31,673 nucleotides of DNA from a virus (lineage: Duplodnaviria; Caudoviricetes), in the IMG/VR virus record IMGVR_UViG_3300026085_000006, positions 1 through 31,673 of that record; one strand, given 5' to 3'. Every line of letters begins with the position of its first letter. Position 1 is the stretch's first letter. Under the pieces are notes generated by a model, which was given only the letters and a program-made list of their open reading frames with translations, was not told where the DNA came from and did not search any database. The position numbers and the translations under genes were made by a program. Shown one piece after another: positions 1-9,665 of this stretch.

Positions 1-1334
1 GTAAGATCACCACCGTCGCTGTTTAAGCCTGTCGAGTCACCACCTGATAACTCAAGTGTAGTGCCTTGTGTTGAGAGTGATGTTTCGTCTGCTGGTTGTA
101 AACTTGATCCTTCTAAAGCAGGTCCACTTGGAATATCACTTGTTAGTGCAAGTGTGCCATCTGCGTCTGGTAATCTTACAGTTCTGTTTGCTGTTGGATT
201 AACAACGTCTAATTTTGTATCAAATCCATCTGTGCTTGAGCCTTCAAAATTTATGTAAGCATTTTCACGAAGCATAATAAAACTATTATCTTCCATTGTA
301 AGATTAGTAGTAAGGCTTATGCCGTTTCCTGGATACCAGTTATTATCTATGTCGTCCCAAATCAAAGGTTGCATACTTCTGCTTGGTGCTATAGTTGTTG
401 TATCAACATCTGTAAGGTCATTAATGGCTGTAGGAATATCACTTGTTAGTGCCACTGTACCAGTAGCATCTGGGAATGTAATTGTTCTTGCCGCTGTCGG
501 TTCTGTTTTAGATAGTGTAGTTGCAAACGATGTTCCTTCAAATTTGTAACTGCCACCTGTTTCAATATCATTTGTTGAATAAACACCGTCTGCACCTGTT
601 GTTCTTAATCCAGTGTCTGATGTAATTAGATCAGTAGCATCAATTGTGCCTGTAATACTGATATTAGCAGTTGCAGTAGCACCACGTGCTGTTACAGTAG
701 CAAGTGTGTCTGTTTCTGTTGCTGTAATACCAGTCAACGCACTACCATCTATTGCTGGTAAAGCACCTGTAAGTGCAGTTGCGTTTAGTGTGCCGTTAAC
801 ACTGTCAACAAGTAATGTGCTATCACCAGCAACAATATCAATTGATTGTGTTGATCCTGCTGGTAATACTGAACTTGTAATAGCATTATCAACTTCTGTT
901 TTTGTGTAAGCATCAGTAATACCATAACCTGCTATTGTAGTTGGCGTTCCTGTCAAGTCGCTAAATGCACTTGCGACACCAGTTAAAGCACTACCGTCTA
1001 TTGCTGGTAGAGCACCTGTCAAAGCACTTGCATTTATAGTGCCTGCTGGACCATCAATTAGCACTGTTGAATCATCTGCGGCAATAGTACCTTTTAAATC
1101 ACCAACAAACTTTCCGTAAAATGTTCCAGTTGCTGAGTCGTACGCTTTAGAACTATCGTCTCCAAACAAATCACCTTGCACGTCTTGATTAACTACAACT
1201 TGACCTTGTTCTAATACAGTTACTTTTCCATACAGTTCTGTAAAGTTGTCATTGACTTTGCCAAACGCTGTACGGATTGGATCTCCGTCTCCTTTGTTTG
1301 CACTTGAACCAATGTTTATAATTCTCTGTGCCAT
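1..1334 (-). CDS. Tail fibre / baseplate-associated virion protein, 3'-truncated by the window edge (not in ORF track)
   Basis: ATG at 1334-1332 overlaps the upstream TAA (TAATG). Manual translation: MAQRIINIGSSANKGDGDPIRTAFGKVNDNFTELYG (T4 gp9/gp10-type N-terminal motif), then the fibre motif PTTIAGYGITDAYTKTEVD. No stop codon seen in the stretches translated. Confidence 0.85.
   Translation of the reverse strand, partial: MAQRIINIGSSANKGDGDPIRTAFGKVNDNFTELYGKVTVLEQGQVVVNQDVQGDLFGDDSSKAYDSATGTFYGKFVGDLKGTIAADDSTVLIDGPAGTINASALTGALPAIDGSALTGVASAFSDLTGTPTTIAGYGITDAYTKTEVDNAITSSVLPAGSTQSIDIVAGDSTLLVDSVNGTLNATALTGALPAIDGSALTGITATETDTLATVTARGATATANISITGTIDATDLITSDTGLRTTGADGVYSTNDIETGGSYKFEGTSFATTLSKTEPTAARTITFPDATGTVALTSDIPTAINDLTDVDTTTIAPSRSMQPLIWDDIDNNWYPGNGISLTTNLTMEDNSFIMLRENAYINFEGSSTDGFDTKLDVVNPTANRTVRLPDADGTLALTSDIPSGPALEGSSLQPADETSLSTQGTTLELSGGDSTGLNSDGGDL
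727..1043 (-). repeat. Intragenic duplicated peptide module (2 copies)
   Basis: GTINASALTGALPAIDGSALTGV (~975-1043) versus GTLNATALTGALPAIDGSALTGI (~727-795). A second pair, RTxxxPDAxGTxALTSDIP, lies at ~130-185 and ~433-490 and shares the DNA ggaatatcacttgttagtgc. Confidence 0.85.
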
Positions 1335-4300
1335 TATACTCTCCCTACCACTGCTTCAATTGTGCCGTATCCGGGATCGTCTTTGGCTTGTAATGCTTTA
1401 CCAATTACAGTTCCAACTTTTGCACTATTGTTTACTATTGCATAACCTGGAACACTTGCTGTTACTAACAAGTCACCTTTCTTAACAATACCAACAACAT
1501 TTACAGGTACTCTACCCTGTAATGCAATCGCTGTAACAAAATCGCCCTCTGCACCTGCGTTCATTAAGTAACCTGGTTTCTCTGAAACAACACCTGCTAC
1601 TCTTGTATCGTCTTTCATTCGTGTAACAGTAACTTCTTGTTCGCCACCAAATATTAAAACACTACCTACTTCGTACGTAGCATCTGCAAGATAATTCTCT
1701 GCCAAGTCAGCGTATAATGCTGTGTTTGCCTGAGCACTTGTTGAAATTGCATATACATTTTGGAAACGTTTTAGTGTACTACCTAAATCATATACATCAG
1801 TGTCTCCAGGTATCATAGCACTGTTTGTTACAATAACTCTCGCAGTACCACCAGTAATAACACCAACTTGATCTGCTGATGTAAATCCGTTGTTTGCTCC
1901 AATACCTATACCAGTTGAATTTGCATCGCCTTCTCCTGGCGCTTCAATAAATGAAGTGTAAGTCCAATCAGCGGCCATATAGTTTTCACCTGCCAATGAA
2001 CTGTTTGCTTGGAAGTTACTTTCAGCGGCTTTTGCATTTCCGATATTTAAATTACCAATCATATTGTTATTAGTAATTCCACCACCAGTTGTTTGTGAAC
2101 TTAAGAATAGTGTTGTACCAGGGTTTGTAAAGTTTACAGTTGTACCTGATGTATCAATAATTCTTGCACTATCTACTTCTAATGCTTGAACGTTAATTGA
2201 ACCATCTGTGTGTGTTTTAACAATAGCGTCTGGAGCACCAATAGTTGTAAATGTACCACCTGAATTAACAATAGTTGAGAAAGGAATAGCACTTACATCT
2301 CCTGTTGCACTATCGCCTTGTGCTCTACCAATTACAGAATCATCTGGAATGTTAGCAAGTTTTTCAATTGGCAGTTGGCCATCGTCAATACTAATAAAGC
2401 CGTTGTTACTGCTGAATACTACACTGTCGAATACCGCAAGACCTAAATTACCTTGTGTAACACCTGCGGCAGTTGCTCTTGTACCTGCGGCCTGCATATT
2501 AAGTTTACTTTGTGCAATTTGTGCGCCAGCATTTACATCAGCGTTAACAATACTGCCGTCAGCAATACCTGTTGCTACAGTCTTATCTACGGCATTGTAA
2601 GTAAATTCAAAGTAACCAGTTGGTGTAGCAGTGTCCCAATTAGAACCTGTCCAAATAATAATATCATTATTTTCTCTTGTACCGTTAGTACCAGTTCCAT
2701 ACATTAGAGAATCACCAAACGGTGTTCTGCCATCTACGTAACGTTTGTTAGTAGCATCAAATGGATCACCTGGATCTCCTAATGCTGTAATGTTATAATT
2801 ACCCCAACTAATATTTGCACTTGGTGTTGTTGCTCCGTCAAGTGCTAAGAACCCTGAACCTATTGGATTAGTTACTAACTGTGAATTTTGATCAATGTGC
2901 ATACGTCTGTTAACGTAACCACGTACTGCTGATTCAGTTGGTACTGAGTCAACAGCATTATCTGTCATAGCATCATCACTTGAGAACTCAGTAATAACAA
3001 CACCACGTTTGAAACCAATACCATCCAAGTTACTCAATGCAATTGAAGCCGCAAATGTAACTCGTCCAGTACCTTGGTCAACTGTAAAGAATCTACCTAC
3101 ACGGAAGAAACCATCTTGGTCAGTTGATACATAGAACACTCTACCTTTATCACGTTCTTCTACTTCGTGTGCTTGAATCGGTTCTTGTGGAGCACCGTAA
3201 ATTTTACTTGGATAGTTACTTGTATTAAATCCGCCTGAACCAATATCATTGAAATCGTGTCCAGTTGCTCTACATACTGAAATGTTAACTGTTAGTCCTG
3301 CGTTCTCACCATTTGCAAGACCTACACGTAAAGTAATTGCATCTGAACTTGCTACCACACTATTCAATCCTGCGGCAACAATACTATCACCTAAAGCCGC
3401 GTCGTTGATATCATTAACGTCTTCAATTTCAATAGTACCAAATGTTCCTCTATCTGCATAACTTAGAATTCTATGAATCTTACCATCCCAACCAAAAATC
3501 ATATCTCCATTGTTAAGTCTATTAATTTCTGATTGTTCAGTAAGTTTTGTAACAGCAATTACAGTATCGCCTACTGTTCCACCATGTGTTGTACCAGAAC
3601 CTGCAAATGCACTATTATTAACTTCGGACTGATCAACTATCAATCTAATGTAATCGTAGTTTGCATCAAAAGTAATTAATCTTTGATTAGCACCTGGAAG
3701 TGCAGTACCAACAGCATCTGTTCCGTTAAACGCAATAGTTCTATAAGTGTAATCATCTTGTTCGTCAAACACAATAGCAGTTGAAGGTCTAATAACTGCC
3801 GTTGTAATTATGTCATCAAATACAAAATTTTGTAATTGTCTAATAACAACTTTTTGATTATTAGTTAGTGCTGTCGCTAAACCTTCGTTACCCGAAATGT
3901 TTAGTTTGTAAATGTTTCCATTTCTTGAAGCACCTGCTACAGGTGTTTCTGAAGTATTTTGAATACTTGCTACTTCGTATCTAATAATACCGGTTGTGCC
4001 ACCATGGTCAATTTCAATTTCTGAAATGTTAGTTGGAATATAATCAACATCATACACATAAACAATATTCTTTGCCGCTTCGTTGATAATAGAAACACCG
4101 TCGTCATAAACACGAGCAGTCTGAACCATTTTTTCAACAAGAGTAATTTGGTCAATAACTTCGTTTGGATCTGATCCTGCCGCAACCAAACCATAGTTAC
4201 CATTTGAGTTAGATCCGTTTAGTGATCTAATCTGTGAACCATTGTTTGCCATATATGCCGCATGACAGTAATATGTAAATGTCGAAACTTGTTCTGTTAA

Positions 4301-7300
4301 TGCACCATTGTTAACAACAATACCATAACCTAAGTCGTTAACCTGTGTGTAGTCGTTTGCCAACATTGAAGTGTTACCAGCAGACTGTAATACAATATCT
4401 GTAAAGTCTGCAAATGTAAATCCGTTTCCATTACCTGATGTTGGATTTAGGAATAGTGTTGCAGTACCTGCCGCTTGGTCATAATTTGTAACAGCATCAA
4501 CTTGATAACGTACACCTTGAATATAAAACGGACATGGTGTTTCTGGTCTACGTTTTCTTAAACCACTACCAACACCACTTGATACGTTAAGTGTAAATGG
4601 ATCATCTTTACTGATAACTGTCATTGTTAAGTTTGATACAAAGTTATCAATATACATACCACCTGAGAATACTTGTTTGTTTTGTGATCTACTAAACGAT
4701 CCACAAACCTGTACATATGGTGATTTAATTAGAATCTGTCCATCTGGATCAAGTACTTGAGCAAAGCCACCATGACCTTGCATTGTTACGTTCATAATTC
4801 TGTTTGAATCATTCATCATGAACACATCAATTTGATCGTTGTTCTTAGGTGGATTAAAGTTTGCATCAAACGCAAATTTAACACAATCAATCAATGCATC
4901 ATGATTTGTTTGTGCGTTTGTTTCTGCTGTTGCACTTGCTGTTGTATTTTGTGCTACAGTACTTTGTAGACTTGCACCAAAAGGTGTTTTTGCTAATACT
5001 GCCGCACCAATAGTTTTAATATAATTAATGGCATCTGCTGTTTCTGTTTCTTGGCCGCTTACAGCACCTACATAGTATGCCGCTTGGTTAGCAAGAGAAC
5101 TTGCTCTGCCACCATCTGTTAAGTCACTAACTAAACCGTCAACAATTAGTCCTGTATCTCTACGACACTTGCTTTCGTTGTAAGTTAGTGCAGGATATGT
5201 GTTATTAATATAAGCAATAGTTTCTTCTACAACAAATGCTTTGTTAAGTTGTAATAGTTCAGCCGCTCCTGGGAAATTACCTGGGTTACTTGCACCATCA
5301 CTGCCTTGATTAACAGGTTTAGTTGGATCAACAGTATAATGGTAACCATAACGTGGATCTACTAAGTCTGGTAGATTTGCAAGACCGTTAGTAATAACAT
5401 CAATAATATAATTCATTAATGTTGTTACTGTTGTATCTGTTCCTGATTCAGATGCACTTAAACCTGTTGTTTGACTTGTTACAGTTTGTAATGGTGTGTA
5501 TGCGGCCTGTGGTAAAATTGTGTTTACTACAAGGTCTCTTGTAAATGCATTCGCGGCCGCTGTTTGTGCTTCTTGTCCATTAATTAAACTTTGTGTTCCA
5601 ACATAATATTTTGCGGCATTCTCATAAGTTTTAGCATTACCGTTATATTTTAAATCGTGTGCAATACCATCAAGAATAATTCCTACATCACGTTCACACT
5701 TGGCTTCGTTGTATGTAAAGTTTTCCCAAATGCTTCCTGGAGTTGCTCCTGCAATTTCATTTGTGATAAATTGTATTGTTTCGTCTTTGATAAATTCTTT
5801 GTTTGCTTCAACAATCGCTACAGCATTAGGATTATTTGTTGGTAATAATTCTAAGCCATCAAAGTTTGAATCTCTGTAGAAATATGTGTCAATCCATTTA
5901 GACTGTGATGCTCTTTTCTTAGGTCGAATTTGACAACGTCTAAAGTCTGTACCTTTAATAGAACAGTTAGCAGGAAGTTTGATTGGGAAGTCTTCATAGA
6001 AAATTCCTGACTCTACATGAATACAAATTTGTGTTGTATTAGTAAAGTTACCATATTCAAACTCTTCTTCAGCAACAAATGTTTTTGGCTCAATTAGAAA
6101 TACACGAATGTCATCTTCGTTTGCGCCACGGGTGTATTTTACAATTCTACCTAACGCACCTGATGTTTTACCTCTTAAAATTTTACCTGGTAAAATATCA
6201 ACATTGTTTGGAGCACCTTGATCAACATAACCCTGTCCACCATTTGATACAGTTAATGTAATTGTTGAACCTTCAATTAGTGTTGTAGTGTCAAGTGTAC
6301 CTAAACCATTTTCAATAATGTTTGTTGATACATCAATTTTTGCAAGAACAGCATTTCTTACAGTTGATGTTACTACTTGGCCTGTATCAATGACCTGTGT
6401 AATACCGTCATCATTTCTAATAGGTGTTACAGTGCCATTCTGTAAAATAATATTAATAATTGTTTTACCGTAGTTGATACCAGCAAGTGTTTCACTTAAT
6501 TGTGTAGTTCTTGCAATTTGTCCTGATACTGAACTATAATATCTTTTACCTACTTGAATTGCTTGGAAGTTTGCATTAAGTCCGTTTTCAATATCAATTG
6601 CAAGACCTTCAACAATATAACCCATATCTCTTTCACATATTGCTTGATTGTATTGAAAGTTAGGATATGTTTGATTAATATATGCAACAATTTCTTTTTG
6701 AATAAATGCTTTGTTTGCTCTAAGCAAAGTAGCCGCCGGAATACCATCTGTATGTACTGATGTAATACCTAATGAATCAATAGTAGAGTTAGATGCTCCA
6801 TCATTGTAAGTAACAGTTTGTACATATGCACCTGGTTCAAGCGGAGCAGTTAGAATTAATTCTTCTGCTTTTTCACAAGCCTTACCAATTGTTTTGTATG
6901 CAAATTGTAATGAACGACCTTCTTTACCTACAGGCGAAAAAGTTTGTTCGTCATCACCGTTTGTTCTAACATATAAATCAACAATACTTGTAAAACTTGA
7001 ATTATCAACATAAAATTTTGAAGCCGCTTGTAAGTCGTCAATATCGTTTGGTGTACCACTGCCTGATAAGTTACCTGGATGGTCATGTAGGTATAAAGGA
7101 CCTGTCATGTCATCACCTTGTCTACGTACTGTAGCACTTCTTGGTAATGCTTCTGTGCTTAGATATGATCCATAAAGGCTGGTGTTGTAATCATTATCAA
7201 CTAAAGTATGTGTTCCACCTGGGTTACCAGCCGCGCCTTGGTTAGCAGAAACTTTACTTGTTCCTGCAATAGCATCAGCAGGAGAATTATGTAAACTTAA

Positions 7301-8002
7301 TTGATTTGCATTTACAAATCTAACATAGTAAACTTGATTATTTGTAAGTTCAGGTGCCGCACTGCCGCCACTAACTTCATATCTAAATGGTGTTCCATTA
7401 ATATTATGATCATATCCATGACCAGTAATGATTAAGTTATTATTAATAAAACTTCCAATAGTTAATGTATATTCAGTACCGTCTACCGGCTCTGATCTCA
7501 TTCTGTTTGCTGTAAATCTTTTTTGATAACTTACATCGTTATATTTTTTATCTCCAACAAGATCGTGTACTTGAATTTGTGTACTATGTGTAGTATTAAA
7601 TGCCGTTGCTGAAGCATCATTAATAGGACCGATATTACCAAGGGTGTAGTTTCCGTGTCCATCTAAAAATCCACCAAGACGTGGTTGTAAATCTTGACTA
7701 ATTTGTCCACCACTGTTTGTAATAACAAGTTCAGATGGATCAGTGTTGTCAATTAAAATACCCGGACCACCTACAACGTTCTTCATTAATAGTGCAGAAC
7801 CACTATCGTTTGAAACTGGAATTTTGTTTGCGCCTAATTCGTCTGGTGTATCTGAAAGTGCAGTAAATCTAATTGTACCACCTTGGCCGAACACTGCATA
7901 AAGTTCGGAAAAGTTCTCATTGGTTTTATTAAACGCATCTCTTATACTATCGCCGGTTGCGTCATTACCTTCAACACCGATGTTAATACTCTGTTTTGGC
8001 AT
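1334..8002 (-). CDS. 2222-aa virion structural protein (tailspike/fibre-like) with beta-helix-like segments, three helical CxRD repeats and a C-terminal peptidase G2/intramolecular-chaperone-like domain
   Basis: N-terminus INIGVEGNDATGDSIRDAFNKTNENFSELY (gp9/gp10-like). C-terminus ALYADLAENY...VAGVVSEKPGYLMN...IALQGRVPV...GDLLVT...VIGKAL. G/T/N/S/D-rich composition. Confidence 0.85.
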   Translation of the reverse strand: MPKQSINIGVEGNDATGDSIRDAFNKTNENFSELYAVFGQGGTIRFTALSDTPDELGANKIPVSNDSGSALLMKNVVGGPGILIDNTDPSELVITNSGGQISQDLQPRLGGFLDGHGNYTLGNIGPINDASATAFNTTHSTQIQVHDLVGDKKYNDVSYQKRFTANRMRSEPVDGTEYTLTIGSFINNNLIITGHGYDHNINGTPFRYEVSGGSAAPELTNNQVYYVRFVNANQLSLHNSPADAIAGTSKVSANQGAAGNPGGTHTLVDNDYNTSLYGSYLSTEALPRSATVRRQGDDMTGPLYLHDHPGNLSGSGTPNDIDDLQAASKFYVDNSSFTSIVDLYVRTNGDDEQTFSPVGKEGRSLQFAYKTIGKACEKAEELILTAPLEPGAYVQTVTYNDGASNSTIDSLGITSVHTDGIPAATLLRANKAFIQKEIVAYINQTYPNFQYNQAICERDMGYIVEGLAIDIENGLNANFQAIQVGKRYYSSVSGQIARTTQLSETLAGINYGKTIINIILQNGTVTPIRNDDGITQVIDTGQVVTSTVRNAVLAKIDVSTNIIENGLGTLDTTTLIEGSTITLTVSNGGQGYVDQGAPNNVDILPGKILRGKTSGALGRIVKYTRGANEDDIRVFLIEPKTFVAEEEFEYGNFTNTTQICIHVESGIFYEDFPIKLPANCSIKGTDFRRCQIRPKKRASQSKWIDTYFYRDSNFDGLELLPTNNPNAVAIVEANKEFIKDETIQFITNEIAGATPGSIWENFTYNEAKCERDVGIILDGIAHDLKYNGNAKTYENAAKYYVGTQSLINGQEAQTAAANAFTRDLVVNTILPQAAYTPLQTVTSQTTGLSASESGTDTTVTTLMNYIIDVITNGLANLPDLVDPRYGYHYTVDPTKPVNQGSDGASNPGNFPGAAELLQLNKAFVVEETIAYINNTYPALTYNESKCRRDTGLIVDGLVSDLTDGGRASSLANQAAYYVGAVSGQETETADAINYIKTIGAAVLAKTPFGASLQSTVAQNTTASATAETNAQTNHDALIDCVKFAFDANFNPPKNNDQIDVFMMNDSNRIMNVTMQGHGGFAQVLDPDGQILIKSPYVQVCGSFSRSQNKQVFSGGMYIDNFVSNLTMTVISKDDPFTLNVSSGVGSGLRKRRPETPCPFYIQGVRYQVDAVTNYDQAAGTATLFLNPTSGNGNGFTFADFTDIVLQSAGNTSMLANDYTQVNDLGYGIVVNNGALTEQVSTFTYYCHAAYMANNGSQIRSLNGSNSNGNYGLVAAGSDPNEVIDQITLVEKMVQTARVYDDGVSIINEAAKNIVYVYDVDYIPTNISEIEIDHGGTTGIIRYEVASIQNTSETPVAGASRNGNIYKLNISGNEGLATALTNNQKVVIRQLQNFVFDDIITTAVIRPSTAIVFDEQDDYTYRTIAFNGTDAVGTALPGANQRLITFDANYDYIRLIVDQSEVNNSAFAGSGTTHGGTVGDTVIAVTKLTEQSEINRLNNGDMIFGWDGKIHRILSYADRGTFGTIEIEDVNDINDAALGDSIVAAGLNSVVASSDAITLRVGLANGENAGLTVNISVCRATGHDFNDIGSGGFNTSNYPSKIYGAPQEPIQAHEVEERDKGRVFYVSTDQDGFFRVGRFFTVDQGTGRVTFAASIALSNLDGIGFKRGVVITEFSSDDAMTDNAVDSVPTESAVRGYVNRRMHIDQNSQLVTNPIGSGFLALDGATTPSANISWGNYNITALGDPGDPFDATNKRYVDGRTPFGDSLMYGTGTNGTRENNDIIIWTGSNWDTATPTGYFEFTYNAVDKTVATGIADGSIVNADVNAGAQIAQSKLNMQAAGTRATAAGVTQGNLGLAVFDSVVFSSNNGFISIDDGQLPIEKLANIPDDSVIGRAQGDSATGDVSAIPFSTIVNSGGTFTTIGAPDAIVKTHTDGSINVQALEVDSARIIDTSGTTVNFTNPGTTLFLSSQTTGGGITNNNMIGNLNIGNAKAAESNFQANSSLAGENYMAADWTYTSFIEAPGEGDANSTGIGIGANNGFTSADQVGVITGGTARVIVTNSAMIPGDTDVYDLGSTLKRFQNVYAISTSAQANTALYADLAENYLADATYEVGSVLIFGGEQEVTVTRMKDDTRVAGVVSEKPGYLMNAGAEGDFVTAIALQGRVPVNVVGIVKKGDLLVTASVPGYAIVNNSAKVGTVIGKALQAKDDPGYGTIEAVVGRV

Positions 8003-8011
8003 ATATTACCC

Positions 8012-8338
8012 CTAAAATCCTATTGACTCACCACAACCGCAACTTGACGTTGAAGCAGGGTTTTCTATTGTAAAGTATGATCCGAATACTTCTTTTTTAT
8101 AGTCTATAGTGCTACCTATTAAATACATGATACTGGCACTGTCCATAGCAAATTCACCCTTGTCAAGTTTAATAACTTCATCATCAAACTCTTTACTATC
8201 ATCTAAAGACCAGTCATATTTAAATCCAGCACACCCACCACCTTTTAAACTTAAACGTACTATTGGTTTTTTATGTTCTACAAGCATAGAATTCATATGT
8301 TCAACAGCACTTGGTGTTAGTTTTACTATATCCGTCAT
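8012..8338 (-). CDS. iscA: Fe-S cluster assembly A-type carrier (IscA/HesB/ErpA family)
   Basis: GGGCAGFKY and C-terminal CGCGES motifs. Start moved to MTDIVKLT, which follows an AGGAG SD. Confidence 0.92.
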   Translation of the reverse strand: MTDIVKLTPSAVEHMNSMLVEHKKPIVRLSLKGGGCAGFKYDWSLDDSKEFDDEVIKLDKGEFAMDSASIMYLIGSTIDYKKEVFGSYFTIENPASTSSCGCGESIGF

Positions 8339-8354
8339 ACTTCTTTCTCCTATG

Positions 8355-8397
8355 TATTTATTCAATTTTTTGTAATCCGAATGTAAACAGGTAAATA
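8355..8397. promoter_or_regulatory. Divergent pair of late-type TAAATA promoters
   Basis: TAAATA on minus at 8355-8360 (towards iscA) and on plus at 8392-8397 (5 nt before ATG 8403). Resembles the T4 late promoter TATAAATA. Confidence 0.6.
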
Positions 8398-8402
8398 CTT
8401 TT

Positions 8403-8690
8403 ATGTTTATAAGAACAGAACAAGAAGTAAAGTGGTATATAAGGAAGTCTAAAAAAGGAAAGAATCATCCTTACAAGCGTGTAAAGACAGTTGTGATTTT
8501 TGAATGTGATAATTGTCACTTAGAATTTAAGCGTGACAAAGGACAAGTAGATTCTAAAAGATTAGATAATTCGTACAACCATGTGTGTCCAGAGTGCGAT
8601 CCTAAACGATTTGCACAAAAGAAAGGCGTCGAACAAAGACGCAAACTGAACACAACGGCTGATGTTTTAGTAACTATCGATCAGTTGTAA
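8403..8690 (+). CDS. Basic zinc-finger-like protein (CxxC...CxxC)
   Basis: CDNC and CPEC pairs, K/R-rich, TAAATA immediately upstream, fills the gap between minus-strand genes. Confidence 0.75.
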   Translation: MFIRTEQEVKWYIRKSKKGKNHPYKRVKTVVIFECDNCHLEFKRDKGQVDSKRLDNSYNHVCPECDPKRFAQKKGVEQRRKLNTTADVLVTIDQL

Positions 8691-8691
8691 A

Positions 8692-8865
8692 TTATTCTGA
8701 TTTCCAAATAGTCCAGGCACCGTATGCGATTGCCGCATAGGCTAAAATACCTGCTAATGGTTTAGCAATAAGCACAACAATGCCTAATGCAATAAGAGCC
8801 GCACCGTCCCAAGAAGTTCTTTCTGTGAAACGTTTTGACACCCAACCTTTAAATTTATCTAACAT
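8692..8865 (-). CDS. 57-aa membrane protein (not in ORF track)
   Basis: MLDKFKGWVSKRFTERTSWDGAALIALGIVVLIAKPLAGILAYAAIAYGAWTIWKSE*. AGGAG SD at 8873-8877. Fills the gap exactly. Confidence 0.8.
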   Translation of the reverse strand: MLDKFKGWVSKRFTERTSWDGAALIALGIVVLIAKPLAGILAYAAIAYGAWTIWKSE

Positions 8866-8875
8866 ATTTTTGCTC

Positions 8876-9115
8876 CTATTTGTTTAGTGACTTCATATGT
8901 TTATGAAGTTGATTAACTAACTTATCTTTAGTAAGTCGTTTATCAAGTTCAATACCGTTCTTTCTTCCCATTGCTTCTAATTTGCTTTTTGTCATTTTAT
9001 TGAGTTCAGCCTTAGAAGGTATAAGAACTAACGGTTTCTTTTTCGCTATGTGATCAGAAAGTTTTTGAGTTTTTTCTTCACCCATTCCGAAAATACTTTT
9101 AATCCAATTTAACAC
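8876..9115 (-). CDS. Small basic protein with helix-extension-helix (Rho-N/SAP-like) C-terminus
   Basis: LNKMTKSKLEAMGRKNGIELDKRLTKDKLVNQL pattern. GTG start with GGAG SD. Confidence 0.7.
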   Translation of the reverse strand: MLNWIKSIFGMGEEKTQKLSDHIAKKKPLVLIPSKAELNKMTKSKLEAMGRKNGIELDKRLTKDKLVNQLHKHMKSLNK

Positions 9116-9116
9116 T

Positions 9117-9665
9117 TTATTCTCCTTTGGTAAGAGTAATTACCCCACAAGCGAGTCTATCGCCTGCGTTTCCGGTTTTTAAAGATTCGTCATCTCCGCC
9201 TTTGCCGAGATCATCTTTGTTTTCATGTATGACTATTGCTCTGCCTACAATGCTTCGTTCACCTATTAAATCAATTCTATCTGCTTTGATTGTAAACTCA
9301 GCGATCCCGTCTGAGTTTGCTTCAACATTGCCCAAGTCACCAACATGGCCGTTTTCAAGATCGCCATGCTCCACACTATCGGGGTTGTAATGGCCTCCGG
9401 CACTTTCACAACCATTGGATAGGTCACCGTATTCATGAACATGAAATCCATGAAGTCCTTCACTTAAACCAGTTATTCTACCCTTTATAAGTGTAGCAGT
9501 GCCTGGCTTTTGCATGAATAAGATAGTGCCTTTGACAGAGTCTGAATGAACTAAGTTACATACAGCCGTAACTGCCTGTTCTGCTTCGACTATTCTTTTC
9601 AGGCTTTCGCACTGACAAGTTCTTGAGCGTGTTCTTTCACAACTTTTGAATTGTTTAAATCGCAT
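9117..9665 (-). CDS. sodC: Cu/Zn superoxide dismutase
   Basis: GLHGFHVHEYGD, GCESAGGHYNP, HVGDLGN, GRAIVIH and GNAGDRLACGVI: metal ligands and disulfide cysteines present. Confidence 0.96.
   Translation of the reverse strand: MRFKQFKSCERTRSRTCQCESLKRIVEAEQAVTAVCNLVHSDSVKGTILFMQKPGTATLIKGRITGLSEGLHGFHVHEYGDLSNGCESAGGHYNPDSVEHGDLENGHVGDLGNVEANSDGIAEFTIKADRIDLIGERSIVGRAIVIHENKDDLGKGGDDESLKTGNAGDRLACGVITLTKGE

Noticed and set aside
61-6760. Short plus-strand ORFs (61, 319, 613, 1246, 2208, 2453, 3249, 5657, 6079, 6288, 6554) and off-frame minus ORFs (3970, 6550)
   Set aside because: Shadows of the two long minus-strand fibre genes; no SD and no recognisable motifs.
9599-9665. 67-nt overlap of the uvdE tail with the sod start as functional overprinting
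   Set aside because: Conserved UvdE motifs end before the overlap; most simply a drifted stop codon.
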